DNA of 64,000 nucleotides from Bugula neritina. Taxonomy: Eukaryota; Animalia; Bryozoa. The stretch's first letter is position 1. Each line of letters starts with the position of its first letter. Below the pieces are notes generated by a model. It ran no database searches. It was not told the origin of the DNA and saw nothing but the letters and a program-made list of their open reading frames with translations. Below, piece after piece: positions 40,301-52,227 of the stretch. Location of the stretch: assembly GCA_964035545.1 (NCBI GenBank), contig OZ037770.1, positions 7,320,773-7,384,772 on the forward strand, written 5' to 3'. The position numbers and the translations under genes are program-made.

Positions 40301-43300
40301 TTACAGTACATTTCCGTATATTACACTATATTTCAGTGAGTTGAGGTGTATTTCAGTGTGCTAGAGCATGTTTCAGTATGATGCAGTGTTTTTCAATGTG
40401 TTACAGTATATTTCAGTATATTACCGTATATTTAGGTGTGTTGCAGTATATTTCACTGTGTTGCAGTGTATTTCAATATGTTACAGTGTATTTCAGTATG
40501 TTGCAGTATGTTGCAGGATATTTCAGTATGTTGCAGTATATTTCAGTATGTGGAAGTATGTTTCAGTGCGTTGCAGTATATTTCAATGTGTTGCAGTGTA
40601 TTTCAATATGTTACAGTGTAATTCAGTATGTTGCAGTATGTTGCAGTATGTTGCAGTGTATTTCACTATGTTACAGTGGATTTCGGTACGTTGCAGTATT
40701 TTGCAGTATATTTCAGTGTGTTGCAGTGTATTTCAGTATGTTGTCGAGTGTTTCAGTATGTTGCAGTATGTTTTAGTATGTTACAGTATATTTCAGTATG
40801 TTGCAGTGTAATTCAGTATGTTACAGTATATTTCAGTAGTTTACCATAAATTTCGGTATGTTGCAGTATAATTGAATGTGTTGCAGTGTATTTCAATATG
40901 TTACAGTGTATTTCAATATATTTCAGTATGTTGCTGTGTAATTCAGTATGTTGCAGTATATTTCAGTAGGTTGTCGTATGTGTCAGCATTTTACAGTACA
41001 TTTCTGTATATTACAGTATAATTGAATGTGTTGCAGTGTATTTCAATATGTTACAGTGTATTTCAGTATGTTGCAGTATGCTGCAGTGTAATTATGCATG
41101 TTGCAGTACATTTCAGCATGTTGACGTATGTTTCAGTATGTTACAGTACATTTCTGTATATTACAGTCTACTCCAGTGTGTTGCAGTGTATTTCAGTATG
41201 CTACAGCATAATATTTCACTATGTTGCAGTATATTTCAATGTCTCGCAGTATATTTCAGTATGTTTCAGTATGTTTCAGTGTGTTGCAGTATATTTCAAT
41301 GTGTTGCAGTGTATTTCGATATGTTACAGTGTAATTCAGTATGTTGCAGTATGTTGCAGGATATTTCAGTACGTTGCAGTATATTTCAGTATGTTGAAGT
41401 ATGTTTCAGTGTGTTGCAGTGTATTTCAATATGTTACAGTGTAATTCAGTATGTTGCAGTATGTTGCAGTGTGTTGCAGTATATTTCAATGTGTTTCAGT
41501 GTATTTCAATATGTTACAGTGTATTCCAGCATGCTGCAGTGCATTTCAGTATGTTGACGTATGTTTCAGTATGTTACAGTACATGTCCGTATATTACGAT
41601 ATACTTCGATTTGTTGCAGTATATTTCAGTATGTTGCAGTATGTTTCAGTGTGTTGCAGTGTGATTCAACATGTTACAGTGTATTTCAGTATGCTACAGC
41701 ATATTTCACTATGTTGCAGTATATTTCAATGTTTCGCAGTATATTTCAGTATGTTTCAGTATGTTTCAGTATTTTACAGTACATTTCTGTATGTTTCAGC
41801 AAGTTGCAGTGTATTTCAGTGTGCTACACAATATTTCAGTATGTTGCAGTGTTTTTCAATGTGTTACAGTATATTTCAGTATATTACCGTAAATTTAGGT
41901 ATGTTGCAGTTTATTCCAATGTGTTGCAGTTCATTTCAGTATGTTACAGTGTATTTCAGTATGTGACAGTATGTTGCAGTATATTTCTGTAGGTTGAAGT
42001 ATATTTCAGTATGTTGCAGTATGTTTCAGTATGTTACAACATAATTCAGTATTTTGCCGTATATTTCAGTGTGTTACAGTATATTTCATTATGTTGCAGT
42101 ATGTTTCGGTATGTTCCAGTATAATTCAGTATGTTTCACAATGTTTCAGTATATTTCAGTATGTTACAGTACATGTCCGTATATTACGATATACTTCGAT
42201 ATGTTGCAGTATATTTCAGTATTTTGCAGTATGTTTCAGTGTGTTGCAGTGTATTTCAATATGTTACAGTTGGTTTCAGTATGTTGCAGTCTTTTTCAGT
42301 TTGTTACAGTGTAGTTCAGTATGTTGTAGTATGTTGCAGTATGTTGCAGCATGTTGCAGTATATTTAAGTATGTTACAGTATATTGCAGTATGTTACAGT
42401 ACATTTCCGTATATTACACTATATTTCAGTGAGTTGCAGTGTGTTTCAGTGTGCTGCAGCATATTTCAGTATGGTGCAGTGTTTTTTAATATGTTACAGT
42501 ATGTTTCACTATATTACTGTATATTTAGGTATGTTGCAGTTTATTATAATGTGTTGCAGTGTATTTCAGCATGTTACAGTGTATTTCAGTATGTTGTAGT
42601 ATGTTGCAGTGTATCTCAGTATGTCACTGTGTATTTTAGTATGTTGCAGTTTCTTGCATTAAATTTCAGTATGTTGCAGTATATTTCAATGTGTCGCATT
42701 ATGTTTCAGTATGTTGCCGTATGTTTCAGTGTGTTGCAGTACATTTCTGTGTATTACAGTCTACTTCAGTGTGTTGCAGTGTATTTCAGTATGCTACAGC
42801 ATATTTCACTATGTTGCAGTATATTTCAATGTCTCGCAGTATATTTCAGTACGTTTCAGTATGTTTCAGTGTGTTGCAGTATATTTCAATGTGTTGCAGT
42901 GTTTTTCAATATGTTACAGTGTATTTCAGTATGTTGCAGTATGTTGCAGTGTATTTCAGTATGTGACAGTGTAATTCAGTATGTTGCTGTGTGATTGGGT
43001 ATGTTGCAGTATATTTCAGTATGTTGTCGTATGTTTCAGTATTTTACAGTACATTTCTGTATGTTACAGTTTATTTCAGTCTGTTGCAGTGTATTTCAGT
43101 ATGTTGCAGTATGTTGCAGTGTTATTCAGTATGTTACAGTGTATTTCAGTATGTTGTAGTATATTTCAGCATGGTGCAGTACATTTCAGTATGTTGACGT
43201 ATGTTTCAGTATGTTACAGTACATTTCTGTATATTACAGTATACTTCAGTGTATTTCAGTATGCTACAGCATATTTCAGTATGGTGCAGTATATTTCAAT

Positions 43301-46300
43301 GTGTTGCAGTATATTTCAGTGTTTTGCCGAATGTTTCAGTATGTTGCAGTATATTTCAATGTGTTGCAGTGTATTTCAATATGTTACAGTGTATTTCGGT
43401 ATGTTGCGCTCTATTTCAGTATGTTACAGCGTATTTCAGTGTGTTGCAGTATGTTGCAGTATATTTCAGTATGTTGCAGTATATTTCAGTATGTTACAGT
43501 ACATTTCCGTATATTACACTATATTTCAGTGAGTTGAGGTGTATTTCAGTGTGCTAGAGCATATTTCAGTATGGTGCAGTGTTTTTCAATGTGTTACAGT
43601 ATATTTCAGTATTTTACCGTATATTTAGGTGTGTTGCTGTATATTTCACTGTGTTGCAGTGTATTTCAATATGTTACAGTGTATTTCAGTCTGTTGCAGT
43701 ATGTTGCAGTGTATTTCAGTATGTGACAGTATGTTGCAGTATATTTCAGTAGGTTGAAGTATATTTCAGTATGTTGCAGTATGTTTCAGTATGTTACAAC
43801 ATAATTCAGTATTTTGCCGTATATTTCAGTGTGTTACAGTATATTTCATTATGTTGCAGTATGTTTCGGTATGTTCCAGTATAATTCAGTATGTTTCTCA
43901 ATGTTTCAGTATATTTCAGTATGTTACAGTACATGTCCGTATATTACGACATACTTCGATATGTTGCAGTATATTTCAGTATTTTGCAGTATGTTTCAGT
44001 GTGTTGCAGTGTATTTCAATACGTTACAGTTTGTTTCAGTATGTTGCAGTCTATTTCAGTTTGTTACAGTGTAGTTTAGTATGTTGTAGTATGTTGCAGT
44101 ATGTTGCAGTATGTTGCAGTATATTTAAGTATGTTACAGTATATTGCAGTATGTTCCAGTACATTTCCGTATATTACACTATATTTCAGTGAGTTGCAGT
44201 GTGTTTCAGTGTGCTGCAGCATATTTCAGTATGGTGCAGTGTTTTTCAATATGTTACAGTATGTTTCACTATATTACTGTATATTTAGGTATGTTGCAGT
44301 TTATTATAATGTGTTGCAGTGTATTTCAATATGTTATAGTGTATTTCAGTATGTTGCAGTATGTTGCAGGATATTTCAGTATGTTGCAGTATATTTCAGT
44401 ATGTTGAAGTATGTTTCAGTGTGTTGCAGTATACTCCAATGTGTTGCAGTGTAATTCAATATATTACAGTGTAATTCAGTATGTTGCAGTATGTTGCAGT
44501 ATGTTGCAGTGTATTTCAGTATGTTACAGTGGATTTCGGTATGTTGCAGTATTTTGCAGTATATTTCAGTGTGTTGCAGTATATTTCAGTATGTTGCCGA
44601 GTGTTTCAGTATGTTGCAGTATGTTTTAGTATGTTACAGTATATTTCAGTATGTTGCAGTGTAATTCAGTATGTTACAGTATATTTCAGTAGTTTACCAT
44701 AAATTCCGGTATGTTGCAGTATAATTGAATGTGCTGCAGTGTATTTCAATATGTTACAGTTTATTTCAGTATATTTCAGTATGTTGCTGTGTAATTCAGT
44801 ATGTTGCAGTATATTTCAGTAGGTTGTCGTATGTTTCAGCATTTTACAGTATATTTCTGTATATTACAGTATAATTGAATGTGTTGCAGTGTATTTCAAT
44901 ATGTTACAGTGTATTTCAGTATGTTGCAGTATGCTGCAGCGTAATTATGCATGTTGCAGTACATTTCAGTATGTTGACTTATGTTTCAGTATGTAACAGT
45001 ACATTTCTGTATATTACAGTCTACTTCAGTGTGTTGCAGTGTATTTCAGTATGCTACAGCATATTTCACTATGTTGCAGTATATTTCAATGTCTCGCAGT
45101 ATATTTCAGTACGTTTCAGTATGTTTCAGTGTGTTGCAGTATATTTCAATGTGTTGCAGTGTTTTTCAATATGTTACAGTGTATTTCAGTATGTTGCAGT
45201 ATGTTGCAGTGTATTTCAGTATGTGACAGTGTATTTCAGTATGTTGCAGTGTGATTGGGTATGTTGCAGTATATTTCAGTATGTTGTCGTATGTTTCAGT
45301 ATTTTACAGTACATTTCTGTATATTACAGTATATTTCAGTCTGTTGCAGTGTATTTCAGTATGTTGCAGTATGTTGCAGTGTTATTCAGTATATTACAGC
45401 GTATTTCAGTATGTTGTAGTATATTTCAGCATGGTGCAGTACATTTCAGTATGTTGACGTATGTTTCAGTATGTTACAGTACCTTTCTGTATATTACAGT
45501 ATACTTCAGTGTATTTCAGTATGCTACAGCATATTTCAGTATGTTGCAGTATATTTCAATGTGTTGCAGTATATTGCAGTGTTTTGCCGAATGTTTCAGT
45601 ATGTTGCAGTATATTTCAATGTGTTGCAGTGTATTTCAATATGTTACAGTGTATTTCAGTATGTTGCGGTCTATTTCAGTATGTTACAGCGTATTTCAGT
45701 GTGTTGCAGTATGTTGCAGTATATTTCAGTATGTTGCAGTATATTTCAGTATGTTACAGTACATTTCCGCATATTTCACTATATTTCAGTGAGTTGAGGT
45801 GTATTTCAGTGTGCTAGAGCATATTTCAGTATGGTGCAGTGTTTTTCAATGTGTTACAGTATACTTCAGTATATTACCGTATATTTAGGTGTGTTGCAGT
45901 ATATTTCACTGTGTTGCAGTGTATTTCAATATGTTACAGTGTATTTCAGTATGTTGCAGTATGTTGCAGGATATTTCAGTATGTTGCAGTATATTTCAGT
46001 ATGTTGAAGTATGTTTCAGTGTGTTGCAGTATATTTCAATGTGTTGCAGTTTTTTTCAATATGTTACAGTGTAATTCAGTATGTTGCAGTATGTTGCAGT
46101 ATTTTGCAGTGTATTTCAGTATGTTACAGTGGATTTCGGTACGTTGCACTATTTTGCAGTATATTTCAGTGTTTTGCAGTGTATTTCAGTATGTTGCCGA
46201 GTGTTTCAGTATGTTGCAGTATGTTTTAGTATGTTACAGTATATTTAAGTATGTTGCAGTGTAATTCAGTATGTTACAGTATATTTCAGTAGTTTACCAT

Positions 46301-46964
46301 AAATTTCGGTATGTTGCAGTATAATTGAATGTGTTGCAGTGTATTTCAATATGTTACAGTGTATTTCAATATATTTCAGTATGTTGCTGTGTAATTCAGT
46401 ATGTTGCAGTATATTTCAGTAGGTTGTCGTATGTTTCAGCATTTTACAGTACATTTCTGTATATTACAGTATAATTGAATGTGTAGCAGTGTATTTCAAT
46501 ATGTTACAGTATATTTCAGTATGTTGCAGTATGCTGCAGTGTAATTATGCATGTTGCAGTACATTTCAGCATGTTGACGTATGTTTCAGTATGTTACAGT
46601 ACATTTCTGTATATTACAGTCTACTCCAGTGTGTTGCAGTGTATTTCAGTATGCTACAGCATATTTCACTATGTTGCAGTATATTTCAATGTCTCGCAGT
46701 ATATGTCAGTATGTTGTCGTATGTTTCAGTATTTTACAGTACATTTCTGTATATTACAGTATATTTCAGTCTGTTGCAGTGTATTTCAGTATGTTGCAGT
46801 ATGTTGCAGTGTAATTCAGTATGTTACAGTGTATTTCAGTATGTTGTAGTATATTTCAGCATGTTGCAGTACATTTCAGTATGTTGACGTATGTTTCAGT
46901 ATGTTACAGTACATTTCTGTATATTACAGTATACTTCAGTGTATTTCAGTATGCTACAGCATAT
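28386..46964 (+). repeat. Satellite A array, block 2
   Basis: Same monomers, strand and module landmarks as block 1. About 28950-30540 matches 4700-6300 at offset 24244 (ORF pairs 4736/28980, 5651/29895, 5976/30220). Confidence 0.99.
37580..39810 (+). repeat. Tandem duplication of ~1150 bp inside SatA
   Basis: Offset 1150 for ORF pairs 37668/38818, 37756/38906, 38198/39348, 38438/39588. Shared rare variants 'ttcaagtgtg' and 'ttgtcgtgtg'. Boundaries are approximate. Confidence 0.9.
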
Positions 46965-46986
46965 CACAGCTTGATTAAGGTCATCC
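46965..46986 (+). repeat. Terminal inverted repeat, end type R, copy 2
   Basis: 19/22 match to the reverse complement of 52206-52227. Confidence 0.93.
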
Positions 46987-47034
46987 TTCTACTGAATCAG
47001 TAATTTCATTGCTCTATTATAATTATATATGAAA

Positions 47035-47333
47035 CAGTGCCCAACTCATAACTCAATCAATTTTGACTCTAGAAACAAAATTCAAAAACTATGTTGTATA
47101 TCTTTTGCTGTTCTATTGGAACCTTTTTTAAAACTTTCATTTATGTCATCTCTTGCACTTTTATGCCCCAAAAACTACCAAATTTTGCCCATTTTTTCTC
47201 AAAAAAACATGGTCTCAGTGCCCGAAAAATAATTCAATCCATAATTAATATATCTTCGCAAAAATTGACCTATGAAGTGATAAGATATTTGTCTATTGGA
47301 ACCTTTTCAAATTTTCTGCATAGCTTCAATAGA
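47035..47333. repeat. Subterminal motif repeats at the R end of copy 2
   Basis: CAGTGCCC at 47035 and 47216; TCTATTGGAACCTTTT at 47112 and 47292; inverted CTTCAATAGA at 47324. Confidence 0.8.
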
Positions 47334-50300
47334 ATAAGTGTAAACATGTAATTTATACACTAGTTTTATTAGAAATTTTGCTTCTCACTTAGTCTGCATG
47401 ATTGGCTGAACACGGTAGAGCTGCGCTGCATCGTAGCCATCATAATGATTACAGGGAGCTCACGTGGCCTACGATTCATGTTGTGCGCGCCAAACCAAAG
47501 GGTTAAAGTTCACCTCTGCAGTAAAATAATTTGGCAGTATGAGACTGGTTATTATATTATAGTAGCTATAGTAGTTGGAATCATGGTGATGACAATGTTG
47601 TTGTACTGCCTACAGCCAATACCCTGTACAATGTGTAATCTACTTTGGATCTAGATTAATTAGTTGTAGTAAAATGAAGCAATTTCTGAAGTCTAACTAG
47701 GAAGCAGAGCTTCCAAGCTAGTGGCGTTCAAGTGTCTACTCTATAGTTTATATCCTGTATGTTTTTAGTCCAAAACAGTTTAGTAATTATACAGCTTGCA
47801 TGAGAGCCCTTATAATGCTAATGAGAGGTAATAGCCACTATAAGTTTTTTAGCTTTTATGTGTGATTTCAAAGCACATTATTTTGTGGTTCTGTACAGCA
47901 ATCTAAATTATATTAATAATATATTACTTGTAACCAAGCGTATTGTATTGTTAATGCAAAATATTAAAAAATTTCAGAGTCAACAAAAATTGTTGGAGGG
48001 AAATTTTAATCAATTGAGTAGTAATTGCATAACTTCATTTTAAAAATAATCTTATTACCAGTTGCATCAGTATACCAAGTATGAGGTATGTGTAGTGATG
48101 AGGATATTGAGAAATTAGACCCTATGTTGAGATGCAGCAAAAAAGTTTAGAGAGACTTTTAACCTGTTCTCAAATTAGCATATTTTGACAAATTTAGGCT
48201 GTTTAAGCTTTTCTACTATTGCACCTATGTAGGCAACTTTTCATATCATCGTAATACAATTCTGGTATGCTTGCAATTGAATAAGAAGTTTCTGATTGAT
48301 ACATAATTCTTGCATGTAGCAGGCTTGCAACAGCTGTAAGCCATTTTGCTAATGGCTCAAACAGTGGCCAGCCATTCATGTGCACTAATAAGGTGCTGCT
48401 ATTTTTAGCTGAAATGAGCTCATGGTTTGAATTTAAATGCTATATTACTTGTCACTGATACGTAACTTAGTTGAGTTATTTTATAAAAACAGCTTTAAAT
48501 AGTCAAATATGTAACCTTATTGAGCATGATGTAATGTCTATAATGAGTATTCAATTTACAATTTGTTTTAATACAACTGCATCTCAAATAACCATAACCA
48601 TGGTGTTAGTGTATTTGAGTACATAGTTTCTGTACACATATACTGTTCATTTCCTTTACTTGCTTATAATAATTTATAGTGTTGGTAGCTTACTAGGTTT
48701 TGCACTTTCAGTCTACTAATTCAGTAAGGGCTTCACTACAGTTCAAACTTTCAAGTTAATGCAGCAGTATAATTATACAGACATCAGAAATGCTAAGCCT
48801 AGCTTGTTTGTATTGAAGACGTGACTTCTAATCTAATTAGGTTACAACTAAAGGAGTGGAGTATAGTTGTGGTATTATTAGGGGTGTTCAAAATTTTATC
48901 AATTATTTTTTTCTAAAAAAAGCAATAATAAAATAAATAAATAATTGTTTTTTTTAAGTAAATCAATATTTTTAAAACAATAATTTTAATTTTATATCAA
49001 TGACTAAATCGCATGCTATCATTATAATGCTTTCAAAAAAGCACGTAGAACGTGTATAATTCACATCCACTCCTGGATAGGCTACCCTAGTCATTCCACA
49101 GCTGCAGTGCACTGCCTTCAAATAAACCGCTCTGTGTAATATCATACGTAGCTATAAGCGTTACTTATCTCGCCCAGATTGATGTGTTACTAGTAAAAGC
49201 TAGCCCAGTAAATAAAATATTCGATATTAAATTACAATCTGCAAAGTGAACGTGCCAACTGGCAATGGGATTATCATGATAAAATTGAGTGAAGAACATC
49301 TTTTACCTCTCGAACCTAGGATGAAGGTGTGTACTTTGATTAACTTTAGGAGTTTAACTTCAAGGGTAAGTGAGTACTAGTACTACTGCCTCCTTCAGCA
49401 AATTCACATATTTTTATTTTATATTGCTTGCAAGCAATAATTTAATAATTATACTTAATTTTATAGTATTTGTATAGTTGTACTATTAGTATATTACAGT
49501 AGGCCTATATACTGTGTATTACTATTACTATTATAACTGTATTATTATTACTATTAGCATTGTGCAGTATCACTAAACTTCCAAGTTTGAGTTTTATGTT
49601 CAATAGTCATAGTGATGTAAAACTAGATCAAAATTGTCAGTTGGTTTTATTATTATAATTATGTAATTAACTTTAAGAAAATTATCTAAATTTATTACTG
49701 GCCATAACTTTTTTCAAATTATTTAGAGTTCTGTGGTTGAGTATAGTCACATAGAAAATATATTTTTGCACTGAAAAGTTTCTGTTTAGTAATTCTAATT
49801 GTACTTATACTTGCAGCATACCAACTTACATTTACATTGAGTGACCAACTTAAAATATAAGCAATGCATATGTTTCAAAATAATTGTAGTCATCATGGCA
49901 GTCATATATAATGGAGAATTATTTGAAAAATGCAATCTCAAGGGAGAATTCAACGTAATAATTGTAATTATGAGCTGTGTCTTTTAAAAAGTTACCAGCA
50001 GCTTTTATGTAATTACGGTATAAGTAGATGTTACAAAATATGGACTATTATAGTACTAACTGTGGTGTATGAGCATGTTAATTCAAATTGAAAATGTCGG
50101 AAATTACTTTTGCATGTATTGAGAAAACTGGTATTTGTATTTTAGATGAAGTGGACTACTAGATGATCAGGTTTTGTCAAAGAAATGCTAGTATGTCTAC
50201 TCAGCACATCATTTCTATAATGTCAGCTGCAGCTCTTATAGGATCTTTAGATTCTCTACTCCACTCTACTCTTTTTTTTTATCCAAAAAGGATAATACTC

Positions 50301-52205
50301 TACAATTGACACCTATATATCTCAAGACTCTACCTGTGGAAATAGGACTTTTATCAAAGGATATAAAAACTAAAATTAAACTTAAAATAATTGCCAGGAC
50401 TAATTACCCTAGCAATGTGTCTTTTGGTTAGGCTTTTGCAGCTTGATTTTCTGTAGATTCTGCTTCTTTACAAAGTCAGTCTTGCCATTATTCATTATTT
50501 CGTGTTTGAGAAAAATAATTAAGGAACTAACCTATTATTTCCCTCATGTTTGTAATATGCTTATAGGATGTATTGCTATAAAAAGGCCTGACTTATTCCT
50601 TCACAATAGTTCACAGCTGTTATACTTTCTACATGTTCAATTTATTTATTGAACTTGTTACTTCTATGCCTAATCATATGTATATAAAATAATTATGTTA
50701 TGCTTTAAGATCCACACTGATTTTTGTTGTGATTTTTAGTAATGACTACTTGGTGTTTAAATAAATTTGGTTGATTTGTTCCACATGCTTAAATTCTTAA
50801 GTCAATTCTTTTTATGGAATAATATATCTGCAGTATCAAAATATGGCAGATAGGCTAATGCATTGCTAATATTTGAGCTTATTAAATGACACCTATCATG
50901 GACTGGAAAAAATCTGAATCCACAATGGATATCTTTTATTTTATCTTAAGGAGGCTTTCTTTTCAAAATCTCAATACTTGCCTAGCTGAGATTAAAACTT
51001 TTCATCTTGACTTTTTCACTCAGGCAAGCATGGTGTCAGTCAGTATAACTAGACACAGCTTTTTCTATTAGATGCTAAATTTAGAAACATAAAACAGTTG
51101 ATAATCTTGGCTCTGAGTTGGTACACAAGTCCATGATATCATGCTTGAGTGAACACTGCGTTAGCAGTTGCCAGCAGTGCCCAGTAGCCCAGTGTTGAGC
51201 ACCAAGATGTAGCTCATAGTCAATTTGGACATTCATCTAGAAGCCATGTAGGCTTGACAGGACTCTTCAGAGTTTAGACTGTATACAACAGGAAGCAAAT
51301 AGAATATTTATAGCACAGGCTCACGTTTTAATCTTTTATATATAAGTTTCAACTCACTTCAATGAGTGTTGATTAATGCTTATACTAGTACCAAAGGGAC
51401 AACACAAGTACTATAGCTTTATTAGAAACTTGCAGCAATCAAATCCTTTACCCAAACTCAAAGCAGCCGAACAAAATACTGCATATCTGCCCCTTACAGC
51501 TGCCAATAAATTCGCACACACATAACTATCTTACCTATGCTAAGCTATTGGGCTGTCTGTAACTGATAGTAAGAGTCAGCACTAAGAAGTCAATTTTAGC
51601 TTTTAGTTGGTGCAACTAAAAATGATTTTAATATTAAAGGTATTATTGGTTTAAGGTCAGTCAATAGTATTGAGCAGATATATATAAATAGTCTAGCCTG
51701 AAAACACTATGTTTTGAGAAATGAGCATATCTCTAAACTATTTGTTGCATCTGCATTCTAAATTATTTAAATAATATCTGCATTATCATTTCAAAAGTTA
51801 TAATCAATAATTATTTCATTAGACTAGCCAAATAGATAAATATTGAGTAAAAGTATAAACATTTAGCTTGCTTGCAGAATCTGAAATAGTTTTACATTGT
51901 TCGCTGAACAGAAGTTATGAAAATCATCTTCCTTTGTACATCAAGTATATTGTACATGAAATGAACCATGCACTAGCCTGTTGTAATAATAATGTGATGC
52001 TGAGGCGTGCCACGACCACATGCTTGCTCAATAGATAGTGATAATAGTTGCAATGGAAATATAGGCGCAGCCCTAGCTAATGTGATGGTTTGTTGGCAAT
52101 TGTTCAACCTCATGCTAAATTATAACAAGTAGGCAATACGCATGCCGCCCACAGAGCATTAGCATATAGGAACTGAGACTAGATTATGAGATGAATTTTT
52201 GCTTG

Positions 52206-52227
52206 GGATGACCTTAACTATGCTGTG
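52206..52227 (-). repeat. Terminal inverted repeat, end type L, copy 2
   Basis: Reverse complement CACAGCATAGTTAAGGTCATCC; its first 20 nt are identical to 22922-22941. Confidence 0.93.

Larger units (their letters stand above)
46965..52227. mobile_element. Non-autonomous TIR DNA transposon, copy 2 (5263 bp), same family as copy 1 in opposite orientation, probable EnSpm/CACTA (CMC) type
   Basis: Starts CACAGCTTGATTAAGGTCATCC and ends GGATGACCTTAACTATGCTGTG. Flanked by an AT duplication (46963-46964, 52228-52229). Empty paralogous site at 37371-37372. Collinear with the reverse complement of copy 1 in every block checked (about 90% in conserved blocks, lower and indel-rich elsewhere). Confidence 0.93.

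Noticed and set aside
28386-46964. One 29-kb foldback element or inverted segmental duplication carrying satellite
   Set aside because: Each copy has its own matching TSD and empty-site paralogue, the outer flanks do not match (TG vs AT), and the internal satellite is not inverted.
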